A stretch of DNA of 64,000 nucleotides, from IMG/VR virus record IMGVR_UViG_3300029319_009496, positions 17,705 to 81,704 of that record; one strand, 5' to 3'. The DNA is from a virus. The translations under genes were made by a program, and so were the position numbers. Below the pieces are notes generated by a model that saw only the letters and a program-made list of their open reading frames with translations, was not told where the DNA came from and searched no databases. Below, piece after piece: positions 29,401 through 36,535 of this stretch. Positions within the stretch are counted from its first letter, which is position 1; the number at the start of each line of letters is the position of its first letter.

Positions 29401-32275
29401 TAATATGATTTTTCAACCTTATGTTTTTATAGAGGATTGGGAAGAGGAAGTCATGACCTCAGATACGTTTCAAGATAAATATACAACGCTAGTCTACAAA
29501 GAAACGCCTTTAGGTTCTTTTCAATTAGATCCCTGTGATGATGCTTATCAAATTGAAGAGCTGAAGTATGGCGACTTCATAGAAGCATTTTTTGAAGAAA
29601 TAAATGAATATAGAATGGAAAACAATGTTTTCAAATCATATATTTTTGGATATATTCCGCTTCCGGTTTGGAGTCATTTTTATAATCAAATGTTCTTAAA
29701 AACACTCAATAAAGAGGAGTATGAAGGTTTAAAGCTTATTTTTGATAAATTTGGACTAGAGCCTTTCTTTAAAAAAATATCATTTGGTATGAGAATGAGC
29801 TATTTAACAGCTGCTCCATTTAATCTAGAACATGCATCTTCTTTTGATTTAAAATTACACTTTAAAAGACATTTTGGCAAGGGAAAAGTCGACGCAATAG
29901 GCACAAAAGATTTTCCAGCGCATGGTTTGAAGTTATCGAAAACTCTTCTAACCCATCGTCCATATTATGTTGATGCTAGCCAGCCCACCCAGGGCGCCCT
30001 TCCTGAAGGCTTAAGACCAGAGTTTAGTAAAAGATTTAAAATTTGTGACGAACTAAGTATACCAATTGTTGATGTTGAAAAACAATTAATTTTTGTAAAA
30101 GATGCCCGTGCATTTGTGATAGAAGGCACTAATGAACTAATTTCTTTAGATAAGCTAGGAGAATACTCTAGTGATACTTTAAATCTTTTTGGCACTGTGG
30201 AGCAAGATGTTGATGATATTATTTATGTTGAACCCACAGTTGAAGTTATAACACCAAACAATGAATTTTGTAACGAAGAAGAACAAGCCGGCTGCGGCCA
30301 AGTATGTAAAGAATACTTAGCAGCTTGGGAGGTATATGATCTGCTGCTTGCTGAAAAAATTCCACCCACGCTTGATGATTTTAATCAGCGCCGTATTGGA
30401 GCCATTGATCAATTCACAGGTACAGGGAAACTTACTCAGGCTATGGATCTTATTAATGACGTTGCAAACATAATGTCTTACAAAATCGATAGTGCTATTT
30501 ATCCTGAAAACCCACCGGTTCATTTGTATCCAGATTATGGCCCGGATTTTGTACCTACACCCGGCGGTGGCGTTCCGCACACTTTTCTGCCAAATTCTGC
30601 AGGTCAGGGATTTATTATCGATGGTGAGAGCACACCCTCGGATTCATCCTATGTATCAGCAGGAGCATCATATCAGTTTGTTGCAAATGTTCTTTTTGGC
30701 GACACCTATGCCAATAGCCCAGCTCCACCCACCGAAGTGGGAGAGCCGATAGGCGTAGGTGTTCCTATTCTTGTTGCTTTGGCTAGCCCAGGAGAATATA
30801 CTAATTCTTACGGTCAGCAAGCCCAGGTTGATCTTACAAAATTACCAACGTTAGAAAAAGTAGTAGAAAATTGGGCTCGTCTGCAGAATGAAATATTACA
30901 GGCGCATCCAGAAGATAATGTTCTGGCGACACCCAACGTAGCAGCTGTGAATCCTTGTCCATATACCATAAGAGGCTATACCGGAGATGATGGCTCTGTA
31001 ACTATTGAAACACCTGGCTATACTCTTGGCATAGATGAGGAGACAATTATTCCTCCACAGCTAGACAGTACTCAATCTTATCAGCTAAAAACTCTTTTAG
31101 AAAATGAAGACTCTTTAAGATCTTTAATAAATAATCCACATCAATTTTACTATGGCAGATTAGCTCAGACTTTGTTATTAGAACTTCAAGAAACTGCAGA
31201 GTTTAAACTTATTTTTGATCATCTATTACCTATGAGAAGATATATGGCTTTGGCATTTACTTATTCTGGAGATAGTTTGTCAAAGTTTGTACCGGAACCA
31301 ACTGATATTTTAGATATTACAAAAGATAGACTTTCTGTGGCATATGATAGCATCTATAACGGATTGGATTACCAATTCATAGATCCATCATTACGACAAG
31401 CAGTTAGAGACGAAATTGTGGCTGGTCAATTTGATTCTAGAGGCCAAAACCCAGACCTTACAAAACAAATTTTAGAAATTATACTTAAAACGCCATTAAG
31501 AATATTGAAAGGGTTTGTTGAGGTAACTGATCCAGCAATTATTTTTGCTAAAGCTATTATTGATGCAGCAAATGCTGTACAGCAAGCTGTTGTTGCTGGA
31601 ATAGAAAGTGGCATAAGAATAACAAAGCAAACCACTCAAGCATTAAAAGATACCGCTTATTCTACTATGAGAAATATAGAAATAACTGCAGCTACTACAG
31701 CTGGTATATTACCGGCAACAATTGATTCAACTTTAGGCGCTATACCAGATCCTGAATTTCCACAAGATAATCAAAAATCACTAGCCGATTATATAACAAT
31801 AGATATTGAAGATAAAGAATTTGTACAATGGGTTTTAGATGTCAGATCATTGCCACAACCACAGGCTAATGAGCTTTTAACACCTGAACAATTACAGTCT
31901 TGGGAAGATCTTAAACAAAGTGTTACTGATCTAAAATCAGCGCAAACTGAATATGTTGCTGCGAAAAAAACTTTTGATGATTTAGATACTGAATTAAAAA
32001 CTGTTATTGCAGAATTAGAAATAAATTTAGCTGCAGCTAAAAAAGAATTGAAAAAGGTTTTTCAATCGCCATATTTGCTACCGGGCATGTGGTCAGCAAT
32101 GCTGCCTTCAATGATGCCCCTAGGGGGCGGTTTAGTTCCCCCACCATTTCCAAGTTGGATATCAAGTACCATTCCGGGCATGATATATTTAATGATTTTG
32201 TTTTTGGATACATGGGAAGAACAACAGCATAATTTATCTCAAGAAGAAGAGCTTGATTGTTCAGATGAACTTTAG
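20456..32275 (+). CDS. Giant (3939 aa) acidic putative virion protein, function unknown
   Basis: Uninterrupted 11.8-kb ORF inside the baseplate module; D/E-rich; no recognisable family motif. Confidence 0.75.
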   Translation: MSKKQKWEIFQEKCSDLYDRLILYDNWFAVNWYPVFGIDNFGSIIAATPPPLPSNPSNLDLVQQSYYNEAEVLAKRLNFLVTNYFHVTYDAAGQNISPPGWESIIYSDNWIEEDFFLNYQDTGGRFFWTKDKFPIEADGNQNYEDILGDDSVWHTEVGGPIANSLLEDIKVILENKLVDAPQEFYEKFFVGSDWWPGTESDFLNFSNQPPPDISLRLEDVLTASAQYLAELGQYGFTTKIDIEPASDTTGLGPAIIPADSKLEAQISSTLTANSTHYIGFALDPGRGVQKDQYFVPIRYSPFDDPNIQDVTQMTWDNEDYSLINGRGEVEDVATTDQYDYGGVQLPFGLGVIVTEIVQGKSGVWVGFVVDQQDQRLNENPVIGNVRTYEDRIQDATDNYTKILYTRPEFLRAKESTVRNNPDPYISYVEDLSAESDASVSHSAALSLIKANLPPGLEPIDPANNRNWLKMIPGEVIMDIFDFQAYNQGLKEIESRPENQKIDYATIIDTPNLRYSTGYFYFIVGESSVSTSEPGVESDASAGIPPASQESITEAKDKAWESLIRYFNKDTDLANKKLYEKLYKDYFVVVDVRVNTESTSPNNQKVLFAIRSDYIDALPDSKKHYLQNFDSDSEFANGRDYMVTFYAEEFATSMTEIADYLYTIKEIFDEAGTDLIVKDANDNEFNMDIINGFFNANDTSSVSVGDFTTLISDFLRKQTFPRSSQNNILSKLIKQAADAMVAQDTGDDEATPGGGPGSRHLIQIGIRDNGKIGAGVRKTISYILFSPDPLALIDAEDKSQVFDQMFYFDPYVSNEELQNKDQGGVRRSAIPLVIGIDNLRENFSGVYGSMALHYLYSYSGMIEFFERVGLDGVGLGAKFADDTLTEEFESVDPSSYDSTRKRVDMVELQKILSFSVPPLRVHISKQPETEKTEQINCQEIIDQLNSSSNVSGIEELELMERLYNSPKCREFYFNKFSRTTPATDPEATKRSLENKARKSDEAAFLSDDVFLGFKNFYQQVLFNMDMDAIIALLLACIQSKLGIPLTAEAICEAAILELIKNIGIDKAMAILITNAQQDPERYAALLNELEENNDNIYSSLNQSASNVRPSYASAPIATWMAIDGSYEASTIAAVRQLELGGTTIQLEPGLRPAGASAPTTLYSSGTDELYASDGIVNPILEAAYPSGQFSSGETYTYSEIEAERERLKQLGYSSSEIDALLVNRGFLRPVATQYESVLYGGGVLDPLIDATNSITDGRFGNAVAGANQLRNIGATLKDAKSWLNYIKGIINLQEICELLVGSLLDGLEDLLKDPAAFLTGGLDDWFDDFIENLKRRFSFPEPSFKFPDKLKTDDHIGDYGKKLLQLVLSMIATILGQILNLLIKRALENCIEEADENQGAANDPVTVNSLPTIEIPNLRSMAPVAGLDFPILKDMIDDLLDNLKLGQLCALLRGEASKQTLYNIFERIKTHQENKTQKTYESLLAQGLSEDEAYENARQHARSTIESWTDVQAMFIQIGSNMDLDFCNFLTPTTSFFTDICNIFYDADGKVSALEDQGIPKEQAQDQVNKDLQSLKNEIIDLAPALFPGNGGLSNILSAVPDICEIPGAFQVPPGVENSMNLITDNILDVAKIALVQDMSSLKFFSVPPRAVLTATDPMKMREATELFQEAIRRPYQKQCIAWIGPHRAGYFNSTPNSIKEHIKSYKLTYGAKPEVPTLEMDQRVAYGGFLKDAKTQTPNNEAKLIKDYYLNDNELHDYLQDFTSTERENNFFKPLTISVAINDPQLYTFNPEIFNLAREIFIAANPDLSPPESVEELISEPFSNNDNLINSIIAQSRRDIKPPYAHLLVYDINQLFKRSKTYNQGLAWPRLDIADDENVSSGEYVDQNSYDDGAVETKRFGYLRKDYSLDTVLKDITPKEDRWKAMFEYYTGFDADEITFKVRDNPGIGTGDRLHGDIEDISGLIENTYPYEEKDFVVAINDVISSNLAIIENEGGALQGEDISITEQVQEQIGENEDTGEPIFQTVTVTKAQLSNSDLHNLALFSRSPGLYSLRNIMNRILRASDSDANLNMFETNANDTNIHLRAFMELTVGEAIGLTQERLNILTPNWTTPIEAIDGVIFQNVQGRLYPAYVVYKETFIDPAGPLSLDNPQKMIEYFSGDEDPVNDALVNYLSDTSNFPQSLGFEDASSPYSNDEQEFDKLEQYINYNPNTLRYEIPKSMTVGPSLGASATNPALSPHTAELLNSSVGISAVYDYFSPANLEYGGSESVNSLITSLVLENKSDSLIYQNIPEIDRRNYLDQLDSFKDTYRVLKGKLTEREGFNVPPGILKDDTSVELEQFDFNFLTEASDEIQNLLSVIYGYDENNQQEDFNIARAVQKDLGRLKYLTEGKNAVDIPQEIKDELYAVPDVGYKKLKFNRFNNPELGSKSTYKLDPYNFKALVFGKFLTYKFKQMFDRYKSFENTTDSSGGHLPKTLLHNDEKLQYILTTYGFSSLQFAYSNQMFAKLRRSRLQDRSFMKKLWDKVLQSPLGSSVNPACRDIIEQIGVQSRDDIENLETDFFDLDEVKREILDYYKKSLCRDVYEGVPEDQNATRIALLHGVIKLLIKIYTLEMCFASIIAWDSFDIEDIFKTDLMTNIIINNMAKEARKERISSFATEILKRDLNIKTDNQLADMLKNKSALAYLVSDASRKISSIVKNMFNNSNPLRTGLQLDILKNSDEEFITEYGKKIAPVQVIHNSSITSSQDPLLYNSIYLNSGYEYVVDARLKDNIYTMNYGAGERQDLIRPRGYRYNIYNISDNGAGDIASKHLNVYGFNESANEKGYNSKHFLHSLPYNYFEAGAHWSISSPELENEDTVVILNDENYFNPDIPVVTTLGLEPARIYSYSYSFIYGTHPLHLHADQTGSAPELPYSTKVKHYAYRALSGLTPEDTPDLAEDYESFIKTNDLMASYLGRADAFNKENYQHTQFGNAYNGALGNMIFQPYVFIEDWEEEVMTSDTFQDKYTTLVYKETPLGSFQLDPCDDAYQIEELKYGDFIEAFFEEINEYRMENNVFKSYIFGYIPLPVWSHFYNQMFLKTLNKEEYEGLKLIFDKFGLEPFFKKISFGMRMSYLTAAPFNLEHASSFDLKLHFKRHFGKGKVDAIGTKDFPAHGLKLSKTLLTHRPYYVDASQPTQGALPEGLRPEFSKRFKICDELSIPIVDVEKQLIFVKDARAFVIEGTNELISLDKLGEYSSDTLNLFGTVEQDVDDIIYVEPTVEVITPNNEFCNEEEQAGCGQVCKEYLAAWEVYDLLLAEKIPPTLDDFNQRRIGAIDQFTGTGKLTQAMDLINDVANIMSYKIDSAIYPENPPVHLYPDYGPDFVPTPGGGVPHTFLPNSAGQGFIIDGESTPSDSSYVSAGASYQFVANVLFGDTYANSPAPPTEVGEPIGVGVPILVALASPGEYTNSYGQQAQVDLTKLPTLEKVVENWARLQNEILQAHPEDNVLATPNVAAVNPCPYTIRGYTGDDGSVTIETPGYTLGIDEETIIPPQLDSTQSYQLKTLLENEDSLRSLINNPHQFYYGRLAQTLLLELQETAEFKLIFDHLLPMRRYMALAFTYSGDSLSKFVPEPTDILDITKDRLSVAYDSIYNGLDYQFIDPSLRQAVRDEIVAGQFDSRGQNPDLTKQILEIILKTPLRILKGFVEVTDPAIIFAKAIIDAANAVQQAVVAGIESGIRITKQTTQALKDTAYSTMRNIEITAATTAGILPATIDSTLGAIPDPEFPQDNQKSLADYITIDIEDKEFVQWVLDVRSLPQPQANELLTPEQLQSWEDLKQSVTDLKSAQTEYVAAKKTFDDLDTELKTVIAELEINLAAAKKELKKVFQSPYLLPGMWSAMLPSMMPLGGGLVPPPFPSWISSTIPGMIYLMILFLDTWEEQQHNLSQEEELDCSDEL

Positions 32276-32303
32276 CTTAATAGCGGCACGATTTTAATGA
32301 ATT

Positions 32304-32314
32304 AACTAATTATA
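32304..32314 (+). promoter_or_regulatory. Putative phage late promoter (AACTAATTATA)
   Basis: Intergenic copy of CTAWTTAT, about 40 nt upstream of the gp25 start; AGGAG RBS follows. Confidence 0.55.
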
Positions 32315-32355
32315 AATGCATTCATATATTTTATAAGTGCTAGCAGGAGAAAAAA

Positions 32356-32751
32356 ATGAGTTCAATAGGCCCTAAGCTTCCTTTGATGAGAGATACAACT
32401 TACGGATTTTTTCTTCCAGTGCAAACTTATGCTGAAGAAATACAGCAAAATTTAAAAAATCTTTTATTAACTGGCCCGGGCGAAAGAATGATGAACCCTG
32501 ACTTTGGTGTTGGCTTAAGGCATTTTTTATTTGAGCCTAGGCAGCATAGTGTTTCTTTAATAAGACAAAAGATTGATGAACAAATGAAAAGATATATGCC
32601 ATTTATAAGAGCTTATTCAGTTCGCTTTAATCCAGGTACTTCTGCTATTGATCTGGAGGATTCAAATATTCTCTCAATAACAATCGCGTATGATGTTCCA
32701 TCATTAAATTTATCATCAGAAATAGTTTTGTCTAGAGAGGATATAAATTAA
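32356..32751 (+). CDS. Baseplate wedge protein gp25-like (GPW/gp25)
   Basis: QNLKNLLLT.PGERMMNPDFG..L..FLFE, YMPFI. Confidence 0.92.
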   Translation: MSSIGPKLPLMRDTTYGFFLPVQTYAEEIQQNLKNLLLTGPGERMMNPDFGVGLRHFLFEPRQHSVSLIRQKIDEQMKRYMPFIRAYSVRFNPGTSAIDLEDSNILSITIAYDVPSLNLSSEIVLSREDIN

Positions 32752-32753
32752 CC

Positions 32754-34550
32754 ATGTCAAAAAAACAAAAAAAATTAATAAGGTATACAGATAGAGACTT
32801 TAATAATATAAAAGAAAGTTTAGTAAATTATTCAAAAAGATATTACCCAACAATATTTCAAGATTTTTCAGAAGCCTCTTTTGGCTCATTAATGCTTGAC
32901 ACTGTATCGTATGTTGGTGATGTATTATCGTTTTATTTAGACTATCAAGTCAATGAGTCTTTTCTAGACACATCAATTGAATATAATAATGTTTTGAGGC
33001 AAGGAGAACAAGTAGGCTATAAAGAGCCTCTAAAATCAAATTCATTTGGTGTCTCAACTTTTTTTATTCTTGTTCCAACTGCTCCCAATTCTACACAGCC
33101 AGATACTAACTATTTACCAACTTTAGCAAAAAATTCAAAACTTTCATCACAGTCAGGTCAGATATTTACTTTAGTTGATGACGTTGATTTTTCTCATCCA
33201 GATAATGAAATTTTAACTGCTACATCAAGAGCTAATGATGGTCAGGTCACCTCTTATGTTGTTAAAGCTTACGGAAAAGTCATCTCTGGAGAACTTAGGG
33301 AAGAATTGGTGACAGTTGGTGAGTTTAGAAGATTTTTTACTGCTACTTTATCAGACCCAAATATTACTGAAATTGTTTCTGTTGTTGACACCGAGGGGCA
33401 CGAGTATTTTGAAGTAGATTATTTATCGCAGGATACAATTTTTAGATCCGTTGTTAACAAAGATACACAAAGTAGTCGCTATGCTCCCGAAAAAATAGTT
33501 ACAACTTCTGTACCAAGAAGATTTGTTGTGTTTAATAAGTTTGGCCAAACAACATTAAAGTTTGGATATGGTTCTGAGAGCACTTTAAAAACAGAAAATA
33601 TTTCACATCCCTCAAATGTTGTTTTAAAAATGCATGGTAGGGAATATGAAAAAGATGATAGTTTTGATCCTTCAAAGCTTTTAACAACAGATAAATTTGG
33701 TATTGCACCTGCAAACACAACATTAACTGTAACTTATAGAACAAATACAATTGATAATGTTAATGTTGCTTCACAGGCACTTAATCAAGTTATACAACCA
33801 TTTTTTATTTTTGGACCAAATGCAGATAATACTGATAAAATTACTTTAGTAAAAAATAGCATTGAAACAGTAAATGAAAAATCAATCATGGGAGATGTTT
33901 CAGTACCAACTATTAATGAGCTTAAACAAAGAGTAAATGATATTTTTGCTTCACAAAATAGAGCTGTTACAATTAATGATTATGAAGCATTAGTATACAG
34001 ATTACCAACAAAGTTTGGAAGTATTAAAAGATGTAAAGTATTAAGAGATCAAGATTCATTCAAAAGAAATTTAAATCTTTATGTTTTATCGGAAGATAAC
34101 AATGGAAACTATATTACGACAAATCAAATTGTTAAAAATAATTTAAAAGTATGGCTTAATCATTATCGCATGATAAATGATACAATCGATATTTTAGACC
34201 CAAGAATTATAAACATAGGAGTTAATTTTACTGCAGTAGTTGATTATTCACAAAATAAGTTTGATGCGCTAAACGCTGGCATCACCGAAATACAACAAAT
34301 GTTTGATCAAAAAATGGATATTGCAGAGCCAATTTACATAACAGAAATTTATGATCGTTTAAATAATTTAGATGAAATTGTTGACGTGACTGATGTTGTA
34401 ATACTAAATCTAAGTGGAGATAGATATTCAGACGAAACTTTAAATACTTCTGAATTTATATCAGCTGACGGTAGAATTTTATATGCTCCTGAAAACGCAG
34501 TTTATGAACTTAAATTTTCAAATTTAGATATTGTAGGAACTATTAAATAA
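32754..34550 (+). CDS. Baseplate wedge protein, T4 gp6 / Baseplate_J-like
   Basis: DRDFNNIKESL, DFSEASFG, LSFYLD...NESFLDT, QNRAVTINDYE. Confidence 0.88.
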   Translation: MSKKQKKLIRYTDRDFNNIKESLVNYSKRYYPTIFQDFSEASFGSLMLDTVSYVGDVLSFYLDYQVNESFLDTSIEYNNVLRQGEQVGYKEPLKSNSFGVSTFFILVPTAPNSTQPDTNYLPTLAKNSKLSSQSGQIFTLVDDVDFSHPDNEILTATSRANDGQVTSYVVKAYGKVISGELREELVTVGEFRRFFTATLSDPNITEIVSVVDTEGHEYFEVDYLSQDTIFRSVVNKDTQSSRYAPEKIVTTSVPRRFVVFNKFGQTTLKFGYGSESTLKTENISHPSNVVLKMHGREYEKDDSFDPSKLLTTDKFGIAPANTTLTVTYRTNTIDNVNVASQALNQVIQPFFIFGPNADNTDKITLVKNSIETVNEKSIMGDVSVPTINELKQRVNDIFASQNRAVTINDYEALVYRLPTKFGSIKRCKVLRDQDSFKRNLNLYVLSEDNNGNYITTNQIVKNNLKVWLNHYRMINDTIDILDPRIINIGVNFTAVVDYSQNKFDALNAGITEIQQMFDQKMDIAEPIYITEIYDRLNNLDEIVDVTDVVILNLSGDRYSDETLNTSEFISADGRILYAPENAVYELKFSNLDIVGTIK

Positions 34551-36517
34551 TGGCTATAAAAAAATATTTAGCAACAAAAGATAATACAATTACGAATGCA
34601 TTTGAACTAAATCGTAATGTTAGAGCTACAGGTTCAAATATGGGTGCTTCTGACATATTAGAAGTTTTTTCTATATATGGTCAATCAACTACATCATCAG
34701 TTGAGTTGTCTCGTGTATTAGTAGAGTTTCCTATATCCAGTGTTTCTGCCGATCGCGCAGCTGGAAAATTACCAGCCTCAGGAAGTGCAAGGTTTTATTT
34801 AAGAATGTTCAATGCAAGGCACTCAGAGCAACTTCCAAGAGACTATACTTTCAATGTTTTAGCTGTATCACAGTCTTGGCAAGAGGGCTACGGCTTAGAT
34901 ATGGAGTCTTACAGTGATAAAACAAAAGATCGAATACAAGGTTCAAATTGGTTTAATGCTAATAATAATCTTGTAGCAGCAAAGTTGATTAATGCTATTG
35001 ACTGTTCAGGTGTTAGCAATGACCATACATTTACGTTAACATCTCCTACAGCCATGGGAGGCGACGGAGTTACTTACACGTTTAAATTTGTACACGATGT
35101 AACAGCTGTTAATGCAGGCGCCGCAGGAAATATATATTATATTGCCCGCGATGGACTGACAGACGCCCAACGTGCCGCTGCCTGCGCTGATGCAATTAAC
35201 GGAACTGCAAATGTAAATGTTGCTTTTAGCAATGGCGATGCAAGTTCTGTAAACACCACTGATCTTAAAATTAAAGCAACTGCGCCAGGAACTGGTGGTG
35301 GAGCAACTATAGATTTAGAATTTGATAATCCGGGTATAATAGGAAATGGCCATGCAAATGTACTAGCAGCTACAAACGGGTTTACTGGAACTAAAATTCT
35401 TGAAGATGCATTCACAGGCGGTGATGGTAGGTGGGCAAACATTGGTGGCGATTATCATATCTCTGGCCCTTATGTGTCTGGCTCCACAATGCCAAAGAAA
35501 ACTTTTACATTTAATGACGGAGATGAAGACTTGATTGTTGATGTTACTCCTTTTGTTGAGGAATGGATTGATGGTAATAAATCAAATTATGGCTTTGGTG
35601 TGTTCCTAACATCTAGTTTTGAAGGATTTGTTTCTAACTCATCTGGTCTTGATGGTGATGAAATACCACACAATCCTGATGGTGCCAAAAAAAGTTTTTA
35701 TACAAAAAGATTTTTTTCTAGAACAAGTGAGTTCTTTTTTAAAAGACCGGTGCTTGAAGCTAGATGGGACTCAAGAATAAGTGATGATAGGGGATATTTT
35801 TTCTCAAGCTCTTCTCTTGCTCCAGCATCAGATAATTTAAATAACTTGTATCTTTACAATTACATAAGAGGAAATTTGGTGGATATACCACGTTCTGAAA
35901 CAATAACTGTTAGTTTATATTCATCAAGTTTAGCAGGTTCTCCTACAGGAGATGCATTAGCCACTGCTACAGCTAGTAAAATTAGCACTGGAGTATATAA
36001 GGCACAAATATCTATAAATACTACCTCTTCAGTATTAAATGATGTTTGGTCTGGGAGTATTGGTGGTGAATATAAAACAGGCTCAATTAAAGTAAATAAT
36101 TTTAATAATTCTAGTGTTTTAATGTCTGATGATTTTACAACATTTAATACAAAAATAACTAATTTACGCTCTAAATATTCTTCAGATGAACAAGCTAGAT
36201 TTAGAGTTTTTACTAGGCCAAGAAATTTTTCACCTACAATATATACTGTGGCCAATACTGAGCTACAAAAATTAATTGTTCCAAGTGCTTCTTTCGAAAT
36301 ATTTAGATCTGTTGATAATCATACTGTGATTAACAATTCTACTGGTAGCTCGACTAAACATACATATTTGTCTTATGATAATTCTGGTAGTTATTTTGAT
36401 CTTGACATGTCACTTTTAGAGCCCGGTTATATGTATGGAATACGTCTTTATTACCACTCATCTGGTGAGTGGAGAAGACAAAGACAAGAATTTAAATTTA
36501 GAGTAGAAGATATATAA
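34550..36517 (+). CDS. Virion protein with DNRLRE/CBM96-like domain split by an inserted module
   Basis: SRVLVEF, VSQSWQEG, W...GGD, DVTPFVEEW, NYGF, FFSR...RPVLE. Confidence 0.65.
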   Translation: MAIKKYLATKDNTITNAFELNRNVRATGSNMGASDILEVFSIYGQSTTSSVELSRVLVEFPISSVSADRAAGKLPASGSARFYLRMFNARHSEQLPRDYTFNVLAVSQSWQEGYGLDMESYSDKTKDRIQGSNWFNANNNLVAAKLINAIDCSGVSNDHTFTLTSPTAMGGDGVTYTFKFVHDVTAVNAGAAGNIYYIARDGLTDAQRAAACADAINGTANVNVAFSNGDASSVNTTDLKIKATAPGTGGGATIDLEFDNPGIIGNGHANVLAATNGFTGTKILEDAFTGGDGRWANIGGDYHISGPYVSGSTMPKKTFTFNDGDEDLIVDVTPFVEEWIDGNKSNYGFGVFLTSSFEGFVSNSSGLDGDEIPHNPDGAKKSFYTKRFFSRTSEFFFKRPVLEARWDSRISDDRGYFFSSSSLAPASDNLNNLYLYNYIRGNLVDIPRSETITVSLYSSSLAGSPTGDALATATASKISTGVYKAQISINTTSSVLNDVWSGSIGGEYKTGSIKVNNFNNSSVLMSDDFTTFNTKITNLRSKYSSDEQARFRVFTRPRNFSPTIYTVANTELQKLIVPSASFEIFRSVDNHTVINNSTGSSTKHTYLSYDNSGSYFDLDMSLLEPGYMYGIRLYYHSSGEWRRQRQEFKFRVEDI

Positions 36518-36535
36518 TGTATAGTTGGAATATTT

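Noticed and set aside
20456-32275. Calling the giant ORF a tape-measure protein
   Set aside because: It lacks obvious Ala/Gly-rich periodic helical repeats and is acidic and Pro-rich in parts, so it is left unassigned.
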